A stretch of DNA of 63,939 nucleotides, counting the filler, from Octopus bimaculoides (taxonomy: Eukaryota), in assembly GCF_001194135.2 (NCBI RefSeq). It is 6 parts of 5 records of this genome, joined end to end, with 100 filler letters (N's around TTAATTAATTAA, not from the genome) between each part and the next. Parts side by side here need not be neighbours in the genome. Positions count along the whole stretch, not along the records: positions 1 to 30,104 come from NC_068982.1; 5 more parts are not named here. One strand, written 5' to 3'. Of the stretch, positions 11,700 through 25,588 are shown piece after piece. The position numbers and the translations under genes were made by a program. The notes below the pieces were generated by a model. That model saw only the letters and a program-made list of their open reading frames with translations, made no database searches and was not told where the DNA came from. How positions within the stretch are numbered: position 1 is the stretch's first letter; every line of letters begins with the position of its first letter.

Positions 11700-13250
11700 T
11701 ATATTTTATGTATAAAGTCTTACAGCTGTTTCAGGGAAAATTCAATGTATCCCTTCATCGGAGACGGTAATAGTAGAGGAATGGATTATTACATCTATAA
11801 GAGGAGATTTGTAGTAAGAAGTGAGAGCGATGCGTAGAAAAAAGAACAAAGAAGAAAATGTACTTGGAGTATAGTTCCATTCCAACAGTAAACATCCATG
11901 TAAAGAATCCGTATGGGAATTTTCCGGAGATAATTGTAGTTTCAAAGGTGGATATATATCATATCGTATCCAGTGTACTCTGTGTGTTGTTTACTCAAAG
12001 GATAGTCCGAATCGAGTGAAAGATGTGTGTAGGATCCAGAGGTCAAGCCTTAAGACAGGAAGAAAAGGAGGAGGAAGTAATTTATGGGAGAAATAGAGAT
12101 ACAGTTGCTAGTAGTAGGCGATCGCTAGGTCAGTTATACTGACAGGAACGAAGGAAGAAGGAGAGAGAGCAAAGGGAAGAATATAGGGGTGGAAGTATAA
12201 GTTTAGTAAAGAAATGGATAGGTAGAGAAAAGGAATGTGGAGAGGTAATGTGGAGAAGTATTTATAATTGTGTACAGTGTCAAGATATGAAGGAACCTGT
12301 AGGCGGTGATGGTGTTGGTGGCATTCGGAGAATAGTATTAAAGGAAGGAAGAAAAATATGAGAGCAGAGTTAGTAGCGATAATATTCTATAAATAGAGTT
12401 AAAACCCATTTTAAAGATGGTAAAAGGGGGACGTATTTGCTAACTCAAGTTGGTTGGGGTTACCTATGGGGGGTTGTGGGAGTACGCTGTGGGAGTACGT
12501 TGTGTGGTCATTTGTTCATTTGTGTCTGTGATAGAATTTGAATGTATGGAAGAAACGGTGATTACAGGTGCTAAGTGCTTCGTTATATTGATCAAGTAGT
12601 GTGGGAGAATTGTATTTTAAAATATGGAACGCCTCCTTCAAGCAAAGCTTGCAATTAGATTGCTGGTCTTGGTATGGAATTCCAGAGTTCAGAATGGACC
12701 ATGTTGATGTATACTGGGTATTTTTGTTTTTGTGGTGGTGAATGTGGTTGGCTAGTGTTGTAGATTTGCTGTGTTTGTCATATTTAAAAGAGTGAAGGTG
12801 GCTGCATAGCGTTGCTTGAAATATTTAGTTTAGCCTATGTATGCAGCTGTAGAGTTATATAGCAGATTGGTTACAGTGCATTTATATATTACGTTATATC
12901 TTACGCAATGCGTTTGCATCGGGAAGATTGTCCCGGAGCGACAGTTACAAGTAGATGAAACTTGGGGGTTGTGTTCTGTGGTGGATGAGGCAATATTGTT
13001 GGATGATATGTTATATGAGGATGTAGAAGAATCTAGATCAATGAAATCATTACTGTTATAGTTATTATTCCCTCTATTGTTATTATTATAAGATATAGTA
13101 TTATTATTTTTGGGTATACTAGTGGGCTGGGATCTATTATGGTCGTGTTCAAGTGTACGAGTGTCACTGTTATATGTACGTGTATGAATGTCTATGCTGG
13201 ATATATGCGTGCGCTGAGTGCTAGTATTACAGAAATAGCATTAATTCTCT
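11700..13250 (-). mobile_element. Penelope-like element 3' remnant: GIY-YIG endonuclease pseudogene plus terminal region
   Basis: Minus strand gives STCNCRSGTIFPMQTHCVRYNVIYKCTV...AYIG*TKYFKQRY (~12810-12960) and WSILNSGIPYQDQQSNCKLCLKEAFHIL (~12615-12705). These are the characteristic PLE GIY-YIG and C-terminal C.LCL.E motifs. Confidence 0.85.
11717..11765 (-). ncRNA. Minimal type-I hammerhead ribozyme motif (PLE type, CCGAUGA core variant)
   Basis: Minus strand: GTCT-CCGATGA-AGGGA-(12-nt loop)-TCCCT-GAAA-CAGCTGT-A-AGAC. Stem I is GTCT/AGAC, stem II is AGGGA/TCCCT, stem III ACAGCTGT is palindromic, and the predicted cleavage site is GUA. Confidence 0.75.
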
Positions 13251-13254
13251 AGGT

Positions 13255-13440
13255 CAGTGTTTCCCAAACCTTTTCAGTCTGCCGCCTCCTTGGCACCCAC
13301 AGCACATTCCGAGTGTACCCTGACCCTCCCCACCCCAAATATAGATCGATTCCTTCAGCAAATTCGAAACAACTTTATTTCACAAATAAATTTTAAACTT
13401 AATTAACCTATCATTCTTTTTTAAATTATATCAACCCATT
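13255..13440 (+). mobile_element. hAT (Charlie-like) transposon left end, truncated by a gap
   Basis: Starts CAGTGTTTCCCAAACC, typical of hAT-Charlie terminal inverted repeats; the partner TIR is not seen. Confidence 0.4.
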
Positions 13441-13499
13441 NNNNNNNNNNTTTTTTTTTTTTTTTTTTGCTTCATTTCACATTTATTTCTCTCTAAACT

Positions 13500-13955
13500 T
13501 ATATTTACAAATACAGATTGAATCTTTCATGTGTTATCATGTACCTTCTTGCGACACTGTAAACTTTCATTTCATTAGGATATCCTCGGCCTGAAGTGTA
13601 GCCTGCGGTATACACTTCATCCAGATATCTACCACTTTTGAGGTCCCGCTCGCTATGATACATATGTATGCCAGATCGTATCTACTCCATTCCGTAAATC
13701 TTGTATATATATAAATATGCCTCTCAACGTTACTACTACTATCTCTCTCTCTCTCTCTACCTCTCGTTGCTCACTTTTATTCTACTTCCTCCCCTTCTTT
13801 TCCCTCTGCTACTCTTTCTGTTTACATAGCCTTGGTCACGTGTGTCCGGCTGCTATTTCTTTTCGTTCTTGGACTCCCCAAGCTCGCACGTACTTCTTTG
13901 CCCCACCTGTTCGTGCTTCACAGCGTTCAATACATACACACTTCACGTCTGGCTG
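13500..13955 (-). mobile_element. Possible second LINE 5'/ORF1 remnant
   Basis: GC-richer island; broken translation SGTSKVVDIWMKCIPQATLQAEDILMK loosely parallels the 1.3-1.7 kb region. Confidence 0.25.
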
Positions 13956-14948
13956 NNNNNNNNNNNNNNNNNNNNNNNNNNNNNNNNNNNNNNNNNNNNN
14001 NNNNNNNNNNNNNNNNNNNNNNNNNNNNNNNNNNNNNNNNNNNNNNNNNNNNNNNNNNNNNNNNNNNNNNNNNNNNNNNNNNNNNNNNNNNNNNNNNNNN
14101 NNNNNNNNNNNNNNNNNNNNNNNNNNNNNNNNNNNNNNNNNNNNNNNNNNNNNNNNNNNNNNNNNNNNNNNNNNNNNNNNNNNNNNNNNNNNNNNNNNNN
14201 NNNNNNNNNNNNNNNNNNNNNNNNNNNNNNNNNNNNNNNNNNNNNNNNNNNNNNNNNNNNNNNNNNNNNNNNNNNNNNNNNNNNNNNNNNNNNNNNNNNN
14301 NNNNNNNNNNNNNNNNNNNNNNNNNNNNNNNNNNNNNNNNNNNNNNNNNNNNNNNNNNNNNNNNNNNNNNNNNNNNNNNNNNNNNNNNNNNNNNNNNNNN
14401 NNNNNNNNNNNNNNNNNNNNNNNNNNNNNNNNNNNNNNNNNNNNNNNNNNNNNNNNNNNNNNNNNNNNNNNNNNNNNNNNNNNNNNNNNNNNNNNNNNNN
14501 NNNNNNNNNNNNNNNNNNNNNNNNNNNNNNNNNNNNNNNNNNNNNNNNNNNNNNNNNNNNNNNNNNNNNNNNNNNNNNNNNNNNNNNNNNNNNNNNNNNN
14601 NNNNNNNNNNNNNNNNNNNNNNNNNNNNNNNNNNNNNNNNNNNNNNNNNNNNNNNNNNNNNNNNNNNNNNNNNNNNNNNNNNNNNNNNNNNNNNNNNNNN
14701 NNNNNNNNNNNNNNNNNNNNNNNNNNNNNNNNNNNNNNNNNNNNNNNNNNNNNNNNNNNNNNNNNNNNNNNNNNNNNNNNNNNNNNNNNNNNNNNNNNNN
14801 NNNNNNNNNNNNNNNNNNNNNNNNNNNNNNNNNNNNNNNNNNNNNNNNNNNNNNNNNNNNNNNNNNNNNNNNNNNNNNNNNNNNNNNNNNNNNNNNNNNN
14901 NNNNNNNNNNNNNNNNNNNNNNNNNNNNNNNNNNNNNNNNNTATATAT

Positions 14949-15112
14949 ACGACGGGCTTCTTTCAGTTTCCCTGTACAAAATCCACTCACAAGGCTTTGG
15001 TAGGCCCGAGGCTATAGTAGAAGACACTTGCCCAAGGTCTCACGCAGTGGGATTGAATCCGTAACCATTTGGTTGTTTAACAAGCTACTTACTACACAAC
15101 CACTTCTGCGTC
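14949..15112 (-). mobile_element. SINE family A head and body
   Basis: GACGGGCTTCTTTCAGTTTCC...CTTGCCCAAGG...ACAACCACTTCTGCG matches the other copies. Confidence 0.85.
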
Positions 15113-15240
15113 TACACACATATATATAAATTTTTATTGAAATAAGAATAAGATCGTTATTTAAGTTACGGAGTATATCAAGTGGCCAGGGTGGGAATAA
15201 AATCTTCATATGTATTAATTATTATTAAAATTATAATTAA

Positions 15241-15461
15241 GGGTATCTAAGAGACAGCCCCATGCTAGAGGTAGTAGCCAAAATTGACTCTAAAACCACT
15301 TCATGTATTCATACAGCACAATGTGATAAGACAAATAGACAAATAAACTTGTAAAAGTTATTGGTAGTTTATTTCTCAATTTTTTTTCCTTTTTACCTTG
15401 TAGTGACTATAGAGTCAAATTTGACTGCTATCTCTAGCCTGGTGGTATCGCCTACCTACCC
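15241..15461. mobile_element. 221-bp MITE with long imperfect TIRs and TTAA flanks (GG termini, Kolobok-like)
   Basis: TTAA at 15237-15240 and 15462-15465; ends are GGGTA...TACCC; internal arms GCTAGAGGTAGTAGCCAAAATTGACTCTA and TAGAGTCAAATTTGACTGCTATCTCTAGC are complementary. Confidence 0.7.
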
Positions 15462-15489
15462 TTAATTATCATTTTAATACACACACACT

Positions 15490-15520
<31 letters not shown>

Positions 15521-15965
15521 GGAGGAGATTGTCTCCACTGTCAGTTAAATAGATGATCTTTCTGTGAATAAGGTGTCTGTCGTTCCTATTTCTAAACTTG
15601 GTCACTTTTTACAGACTATGAATTATTTACTTTTTGGTTTTAAATTGCGTCTAGCCAACTTAATCATTTTATGATTTTAATATCATTATTTTGAAGAATC
15701 AGCCACTGATTCCAATGGAAATTATAGAAGTTTTCCATTACTCACAGACCTGGGTCCAGCTTCACCACCCGCGAGTGAGTAAGCATTGCTGTTGATCGTT
15801 AATTCCTATCCAAAATTTGCATGCTAATCTAATGCTCCTCGCTTGCAGAGGGTAGGTTGACAATTAAATAGAACTTATACTTTTGTGTGGCTAAATAGTC
15901 TGTGACTCCTATTTCTAGCAATGACCCTTCGTCACATTTTAGTGATGGTAAATTATTTCCTGTTT

Positions 15966-16012
<47 letters not shown>

Positions 16013-19000
16013 TCATACATTCGTTTTGATTACCATCTTAACATTTAGCTGACGTGATATGATAATGACTATGTTCAAATTTATTTCTAAGACTAAGTTG
16101 CTTCGATTTTATATTTCAGCTGTGACATCTTTCTACCAAATAGTACAATGTTTTTTTCATTCCCTATTTTGGAATAGCTGAAATGGACACTACCTGAAAT
16201 TAATTCGATACGTTCATCGATTATTCGTATAGATATTAGGAGATATATCGTTTGCATCGGCAAATATTAAATTAATATTTTACGTTAGATTGCATTATTG
16301 TTTTCTATGTAAATAGTAATATGAGGACAACTCACGCTATTGATTATTGGAGAGAAATGAAAAAAATATGAGGATTTAGTTACTCCTTGACTGATAAGAA
16401 TAGTGCGAGTGTTTGGATGTAAAAAAAGAGAAAAACGTACTGTCTGTCGTTCAAAAATAATGTTCAATAAATGTCTTTCATGGGGAAAAACGTACGGAAG
16501 TCCACATGTGTGCATCGAATACTTTTCCTGAGTTAACATTTGATGTTTTTGTGTTCCACAGTGCCTGAACGCATAAATCTCTACATTTGTCATGCATTGT
16601 TTTGGAATCCAAATGCTTAGTTTTCAAATCTTTCAATCTCATGAATTCTAGTTGCATGAAAGGTCGTTGATTTGGAGGTTTGGAAGTTATGAAAGATAGT
16701 GTAACTATAGCATAATACGTATGGTGATTCTACACTTTTATATAGAGTGAAAAATGATTGCTTCTCAAGTTATGAAAAACATAGTGATGAATAATTTCTA
16801 TTATAATTTACGTTAGCATTTCAATTTGATACTTTATTTTCTTACATATTGGCTTCATTATGATAGTAATGATATTTTTCTGCAATTCATTTATCTCTGC
16901 TTCTAGTATGTGACATAGAATTTCGACGCGTATCGAATATAGCTGGTGGAAATGTTGATTGTAATATCTCCTTGTTATCAATTTGCTTTATGTTTAGAAC
17001 ATATTCTGTATTAACTTTTGAATATATTGGCCTTCTTCGAATAAGTTTTCAAACATCGTTTATGGTTTCTTAAGGGAGCAAATAGATAATTTCATACAAT
17101 ATATCAGATGTATTGCGATTATAAAGTAATTAGCGAATATTTCAACATCTTTTGATGTGTCTTAAAAATTGAATGATGTGTATAATATATAATATATTAT
17201 TTAGAGTGTGATTCGTTTTCTGAAGATCAGGATGAAATAGATGTCATAATATTTGCAACATTTGGTCAATAAAATGCCATAATTTTCTAAAGCACGATGA
17301 ACATATATCGGGATATATGAATAGGTGTAAACCAACTAGAGATGACACTTTTATAGCGGGAAGATTTACGAGATATTGCCCATCGTAAATCGAGCTGCGC
17401 AACTAAAATAAAAATATAGCAAACGTCCTTTGTAATACAAGTTTATTGGTTGATAATCCATGACAATTTGAGATGACATATCATTCATAGGACATATAGC
17501 AACAATAGATAATCGAATTGTGCCAGTGTTTGAAGGTAAAACTCCAGTAATATATACGGTGAATGGATCGTACAGAAACCGAAATTACATTTTATTGCTG
17601 TAACAATTTGTTCAAGAAATCCTAGGTGAGCGATGAATGCGTTTTATAGAATGTTTTGAGATGTTTTGTATCCCAATAACTGTAACAAATTAGATACAAT
17701 TGAGATGTCAGTTATTTTTCTAGGAACCAAAATGTTTAAATTCTTATAGCAGTACCTCAAATACATGAATTCCTCTTGCATGAATCCCGTTGATAACAAA
17801 TCTATGAATGGTAATTTTACTAACACGTTGTGAAAAATATGTTAAAACCTATAATAACAAATGACATTGAATAATACATGTAACGCCACTGCCCAAAGTT
17901 TTCTAATTAAGAGTTAATTTGGAATATATAATTTCTATTATAACCAAACTTCGAGCAAGGGAGTGAATAATAGAAAGAAAGCGAAAAAATAGTTCGAACA
18001 CTTCATGTCAATAACATAGAATAGGCTACAAAATTTTAGCGTAAATCTATATTCAGATTATGATGAAGTGGTGCTTATATTGCACACCCGCTGTTTATAC
18101 AAATGTCAATTAGTATTATTTCAGTTAAATTTAATATATCAGGTGAAGTATTGTTTGAAATTGATGTATTGTAAAAAATCAGCTTTACTTCTTGTTATTA
18201 TTAAATAAGTGAAACTGGGACAGTGCAAATAAACTCTAAAATAGTTTGACAAAAGGGCTAAATGAAATAAGAACGAACGAAGAATTTCATCGTTTTCAAA
18301 ACTATAATGCCTTTGTAAAAAATTCCAATGAAAATACTATGATGGATCCCCAGTTTATAGTTGAATATTCTTTAGCGAGGCTTGTAGTTCATGCAAAGCG
18401 AATACTAACATCATAACAACATGATGAAGCACATCCAAATATATACTTCCTCATATACATATTTACAAACACATATGTGTATTTGTTTATACATACATTT
18501 ACATACACATAATTGCTATATAAATATGAATGCATGTAAAAAAAATAAAATGGAAAATAAGAATGTTTGTAAGATTTAATGAATTTTTATTCAAAACTGA
18601 TACATACATATTCGATAGTCTTGGTATTATACTAAATTGCACAACGTTCAATAGGTACAAGCCATGTCGATATCAAAGCAAACTGTAGACAATGTATTTC
18701 CTCGTGCTCATAATTTTATACTTGATAACATAGATTGATGTTTCCCGTCAAAGTTTATAGAATGGTTTTTCGTGAGAAACAAAATAGCAATTATATTTCC
18801 TTAATTTTTGGTGACATTCGGCAAAATACCAAACTGCTTGACGTTTACAGGGATGAATAGTCATCGAAAGAACTACCGTTGAAATATTGATAGTTATGTT
18901 TATAGGGTATAAATTTACCTATACGAGTAATACTATTTAATTATTCATGGGGCAGTGCGTATACTGAAAAGATTGCAAAGCATACACAGTGGCGTTCGTG

Positions 19001-20711
19001 TAGAATGGCGAATAATTGTATACATAATTTTAAACAGGATTTTGGAATCTTAGTGGCGGAAACCGAATGTCATCATACGTCCACAATATTCCCCACACAT
19101 GCTTACAACGAGAGCTGGTGCAAGAAAACAAAATTGTAGAAGAGATATAACGAATTAATATTGATGTATTCACAACAAACGGATTTACACGAGCTGGTTA
19201 AAATAGCAGTCTAAGTACCTTTAAATTACATCTTTCTGCTTATATGAGGACTGAAAATCAATAAAGTATTTAATACGACATTTTCAGAATTAAGAAAACT
19301 ATAACGACAGAACGTGGTGGTTATAACTGGAATGTTAATATATTTAGGGCAATGATCTTAATTGCTCAATCATTTTTAGGCAAGTTTCAACATCAAAAAC
19401 AACACCTTACAGTAAGACAAAACAAGTAACTAAGAGTACTAGGGTGACGAAAATTTCAGCAGTATTTTTGTTTTTCTTTTTTGTCACTTACAACACAATT
19501 TATTAATACTTTCCTGTCCTAGTCTTCAGGAAAATTATCAGGATGGAGAATAAACTTGTATGACTATTTTCAATGCGAACAAAAGGAATACAACATCTAG
19601 TTTTTTTTATTCACACACATACTTATGGAATTGCAATTCAGACAACGTTTATGGTAAAATAACAAATTTTCTTCGCTTTTATGACATAAATTAATAAACA
19701 TTTCACATACATACATTCTCACATATCTTTATGACCATTTATAATAAAATAAGTTTCGTAGACGAAATTGACCGTAATACAATTATCTCAGTCGATATCG
19801 TCATATCCACTGAGAAGCGAAAATTATGTTGGTGTACACACATAAATATCAACTGCGTCGGAAAACAGAAGTGAATAGAAATATAGACAAACAGAAACTG
19901 GTAAATGTGCTTTAAAGATTTCCTTATTATGATTCGTCCCTGATATAACGATATCATTTCCAACACACGGATTCAGGTCAACATGGTTGCACGAGAGATT
20001 CTAGTGTGAATGATCGCAAGGTACAGTGAAGATGGTAGGAAAATTAAAAGAATTGAATTTTGTGTTCTAAAGAGAAATAGATGGACTCAGATACTTGACT
20101 CTCTAAATTAACGTATCTAAGTTAAATTGGATACAAATTCATCTGCAAACAAGCTCAATTTCACAAACTCCAATCTAAAAAAAAATTGAAACAAACAATA
20201 ACACTAAGGACAAAAGGCTACTCTGTACTTAGTAGAAGCTGCAACACCACCGGAAATATGAAAGCATGGGTTAATAAGAGGCTGCCTAAAGAGAAATTAC
20301 CACGTCAATAAAACAATAATGAGTATAAAAGAATTTCGAAATGTCATGCAATCTACACCTGTATAAGTTCTGATACAAGCAACTAATATACCAAAGAATG
20401 ACATTAGATCAAATGTTTAATACCATTGACTTTTAAGAAAGGGAATATCAATTGAAAGCTACTTACATATCGGTGTAGTGCGAAGCAATTTTTATGGCGT
20501 TAGCAATCATCAACCACTTTGGAATAAACAGAAGACAAATAACAAGCGTAAAGGCATTTATTTGTTACTAGCTTTAAAACCGTACTCCATGCGCATGTTT
20601 AAATCAGTTTCTGTGGAGAGCTAATTGGGATTGCGACCCAAAACTATAGAGAGCAATAATGACAAATCATTTATTGGTACCCTATCAATATGTTATGGAT
20701 AGTTAGAATAC

Positions 20712-20832
<121 letters not shown>

Positions 20833-23800
20833 TGTCTTTGTGTCCGTCCTTGCACGACCATCACTTGATAACTGGTGTTGGTGTGCATATGTTTACACAA
20901 CTTAGTGGTTCGGTAAAAGAGGAGAAAAAAATAGTTCCTGCATAAAAAAAAAATGGTGTCGAGATTTGTTCGATTAAAATTCTTCAAGCCTGTTCCCGAG
21001 CGTGGCTGCTGTCTGATAATTGAACATATAAAAGAACCACTAAATTACTTATTATGACTTTAAGCTTCTAAACAGTTCTCCTATCTCAGTAATACAATGG
21101 CAATGAAACCTTTCACGGTCACTTTACCTGCTAGAAATAGCAACCCTAAAACTTTTAAGGGAGATCCCCAAAAAGTATAAAATGTTTATGTAGAGCAAAC
21201 CTAGACTGGGATACAGTGGTCCCGGACGGACAGACAAAATTTCGAGTTAGTTAATATAGGTATTCATTTCGAATCTTTCCAATAATACTTATGATTTCAA
21301 AATATAATTTGTTTCAAAAGAGATTTCAAAACCGAAATTTTTAGGTGGATCTCTTATTTCCAGTGTTTATTAACTAGCCTGACTATTTTACCACGTCGTC
21401 TACTTATAACTTAATTCTCCTAACTATAGAGTAGTTCGATGAAAAAATTTATATTTTCGTAAATATATAATTTTAACGTATGAAATTTTATACATGCTAA
21501 TATATTTCCATACGCATAAAATTGCACACACATGTACACATATACTTACATATAATTTATTTTTTGGAGTCGCGTCGAACCAGGATTTTATATAACGCCT
21601 TGTGTGTCTAAGGACGATGATACAAGAGAAATTACGAGAAAATTGCAGGTATATGCAAACAGTGGAATAGTAAATAAAAACACACAAAAAAGTAAATAAT
21701 GAGACAATTGAATTTTGTCTCATTGATAGAAAAGCTATAATTAAGGCATTTATTGTAGAATTATCCAACGGATAGTAATCCAAATTCTACGTGATAGCAT
21801 TTCAATCCGGAAAGGTTTGTGCCCTCCAGCTTACCAAAAGATATTGTTTCACATTTTTACATATCCTGAACATTTCGAAGCAATAATTCGGTTTTGTGGT
21901 GCTCTTTTACGTATTGGTCACAAACTGGAATATGCTTTATGAGTGTTTTAGTATTTTTCACCCGTTTGTGAAACATGGAAAAAAGCAGTGTATCAAATAT
22001 TCTGTAAATCAAAGATACCAGTGTATCAAAGATTATTTAATTTTTTTTTTTCATTTCTTCCTCTTCAATGCGTTCAAACAATCATGCTTATGAACATATA
22101 AGGATACATTTCACTCGATTGAAACTGGTAGAATGGAAAGATGAATATAGCTACGTAGAAAATATCTTAAAAGCAGTGGTGCAATTAATAATATGGAGAA
22201 AACAAATAATAGCGCCTATGAATCATCGTTGTAATTACTGGACGGAAGAAAGAGATGACTTCAACGTGTAAATTATCCGAGACATACGAGTTTGATGAGA
22301 CTCTCAATAAAAATTTATAAGCTTTGACAGAAACGAAATATGACAAACTGCGGGAAATGTATAAGGAAGTGGATAAACGTTTAGTGAATAACACATATGA
22401 GTATATAACCAAGGGGAAATATCATCATATAATATGTAGTTATGCTGCTGCTGAAACTCCGTGAGTTTAATATCAGCAAACAATGTGTAGAGATCTATTA
22501 CAGAAATATGAGAATGATATTGTGTCTCAGCAAACAGATGTATCTAAAAACTGTAAATGAGAAGAGGTAAAGGTATGACTTCCTGTAAGGAATGTATGAT
22601 ATCAGTTACAGAAGGATAAAGAAGTGATAATACAAAATTTATAAAAAGGAAATCTAGTAAAAACAGACATAATATTAACAGAAATGAAATGAATATAAGC
22701 AGAATAGGCACTTAAGAAAGTGGAAGATATTTTTAACAGCTTAAAAGGAAAATGGGTATCAAGAGAATAAAATACTCAGTGGTCGAGCAGCAATTAACAT
22801 TTACTCAGACATTAGGAGCAAGGAAGGTCTATAGAACAGTGTATTTGATTGGTTACGAGATTTTAAAGAGAAATTGACAATACAGTAGTAAAAGAGAATG
22901 TTTAGAAATAGTATGCTTTAAAAAAGTATGAAGCACTCGATGTCTTTCAGGGGGTCTGGATTTAGATTCTTACAAGCAGCTTTCTTAATATATGCAAGTT
23001 TTGTTTGGTAGCATAGGCTAGAAAATATACGTTATCCTGTGCCTTTTTGGTTTCTAAAGGTCTGAGTTTTTCTAGTTTCCTTGAGAAACTTCACTTAGAT
23101 TTTTTTATATTAAAAGTAAAAGCGTTGATATAGTAAAGCGGGAAAGTCAGTCACTAAGAAATGGAATATTCCTGGGATACACGCTATTTTACTTCTCATT
23201 GAAGATTGGTTTTCATTACTTTGAGAACCATAATGAGGAAATCCAGATTTGGAAGATTATACATTTTACATCAACACTTTAAAATGCCTTGACTTTGTTC
23301 AAACTGTTAGAGTATGTAATAAAGATATTTATAATTAGTTTTAAGTGTATGATTGAAACTTTAAATCCGATATATTAAGATGTCATAGTTCACTTAAGAA
23401 TAATGATAATTATATTTATCTAAGAGTGGTGAAGGATGACAAAATGCTGTAAAGCAAAATGAGAATATTTCCAAAAATCAAATGAAGTCATTTAAAACAA
23501 AATTAAATGGGTACCTACACGGCATGCAATATGTGGAATATGCTAGTTTTGAAATACTCTGCTCTCTTTTGAAAAGGAACATACCGAAACATTTAGGCAT
23601 TTAAATTTTAATGCTGAAAACAATTTTTCAATACGAACGTAATACTTTTGCGATATTTTTATATATACATATCAATGAATCCTGCCACACGAGTAATTAC
23701 GAGTATCTAGAACACTATGGAACTATGTGCCTAGTTGAATGAGTTGACAATTTATCTCAGAAAAAGGCAAAATTGTCATTGACTTTTAAAATCTTAAATA

Positions 23801-24640
23801 AATTCATCCTTTCAGTTTCTTTCAATTTTTGTTAACCTTCTTTATTTATTGAAGAAATAAAAGGAAACACTCAAACAACCGGAATGAAACTTATTCATTC
23901 ATTTTTCTAATATGGCAGATAATAAAATAAATGTAGATTTGAAGATCAATATCCGTTATATCCTTTGCATTGTAGGTCAGTTTTATTTGCTATAAACAGT
24001 TCTGGCGGACGTTTTATTTGCAGGAACTATTTTAATTTCTCATTTGTATTTCATTAAAAGAAATTAATCAACTTGTGACCTACTGGACAAAATTAATCAT
24101 CTGCTAGTGCCATTATTTCTTTCTAACAATTAATTGAATATAATGACAACATTGACATTGATGCGTACTATCTACGTTTATATTTGCCACATGTCTATGA
24201 AATCTCGATTAATAATTACTCGTATTGTTCTCAATTCATCTTTTCAAACAGATTCCATTAATGGACATTAAATAATTTTTTCATGTCTCTCAAATTCTAT
24301 TTACCTTCATGAAATGGTGTTTATTTCTAATATAAATCATGCAATTCTAGGAAGGTATTAGACATGTATGAACTACAAACAATCAATAAACTACTTTATA
24401 AACATTTTGCAGGTTAGAAAATACATAAAGCAATAAATTTTATGGTGAACGAGCATTTATGGCATGTACATATTTTAATGTTTATAACTGGATTTCCATA
24501 AGGAAAAAAAAAACGTTAATATTATATAATTCAAAGTGTAGCTACAGAATTTCTTATGGCAATGTTTGAAATATAATGTACTTAAATGAGTTTTGTTTCC
24601 TAAATAAATAGTTTAAAATCTGTCATCGGTGCTTTTTGTA

Positions 24641-24825
24641 AGGCGGGCAGGCTGGCAAAAACGTTAGCATGCTGGGCGAAATGCTTAGTGGTATTTCGTT
24701 TGTTCTGAGTTCAAATTCCACCGATGTCGATAAATTAAGTATCATTCCCGTACTGGGGTTGATCTAATCGACTGATCCCCTTCCCCCCAAAATTCGGGCC
24801 TTGTGCTTAGAGTAGAAAATAATAT
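24641..24825 (+). mobile_element. Degenerate SINE family B
   Basis: GGCTGGCAAAAACGTTAGCATGCTGGGCGAAATGCTTAG...CTGAGTTCAAATTCC. Confidence 0.75.
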
Positions 24826-24886
24826 CGGTGCTTTTAGTAATGTATATGGATGTACACATACATACGTACACACACACACACACACA

Positions 24887-24955
<69 letters not shown>

Positions 24956-25501
24956 TTCTGTGTGTATGTGTGTGTGTGTGTGTTTGTGCGAATAGAGAGA
25001 TAAATAGCAAATTCCCCAATTAAGGTGAATATCATTCTATGTGCATCATTTCTTACAACATAAGATTTTATTCCTTTGTTTATTGCATTTACACTATCAT
25101 TCAGTATCGAATCATAGACAATTTATTTTCATATATTACAAAACATCGTAGTCACTGAGAGCACTTATGTTTAATTATAGGACTCTGATGAAAATCTCAA
25201 TAAAATTACTTTGAATACTTCTGAACTTGAAAACATTATTTATAACGTTACTCTATGTATATGCGTGACGCTTAATATTTCATTAAAAACATTGCTTATC
25301 GTAACGGCAGCTCTGTGAAAGAACAACAGGTCCTGAGGCTCAGTTCAAATGGTTGTGAGATGCTACTAAAGATGCAATCAATCTCTGACTTGTGAGTGAT
25401 ACTGCTGCAAGGTGATATGTGTGGCAGTGTGATCGACGTCTTGCCAATACTAACAACTAAAGCACGAGCCTACACACACAGATACATACACACACACACA
25501 C

Positions 25502-25550
<49 letters not shown>

Positions 25551-25556
25551 CACACG

Positions 25557-25588
<32 letters not shown>

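Noticed and set aside
11042-15064. Long ORFs of 177-428 aa around 11.0-11.8 and 13.7-15.1 kb
   Set aside because: Their length comes from N runs translated as X.
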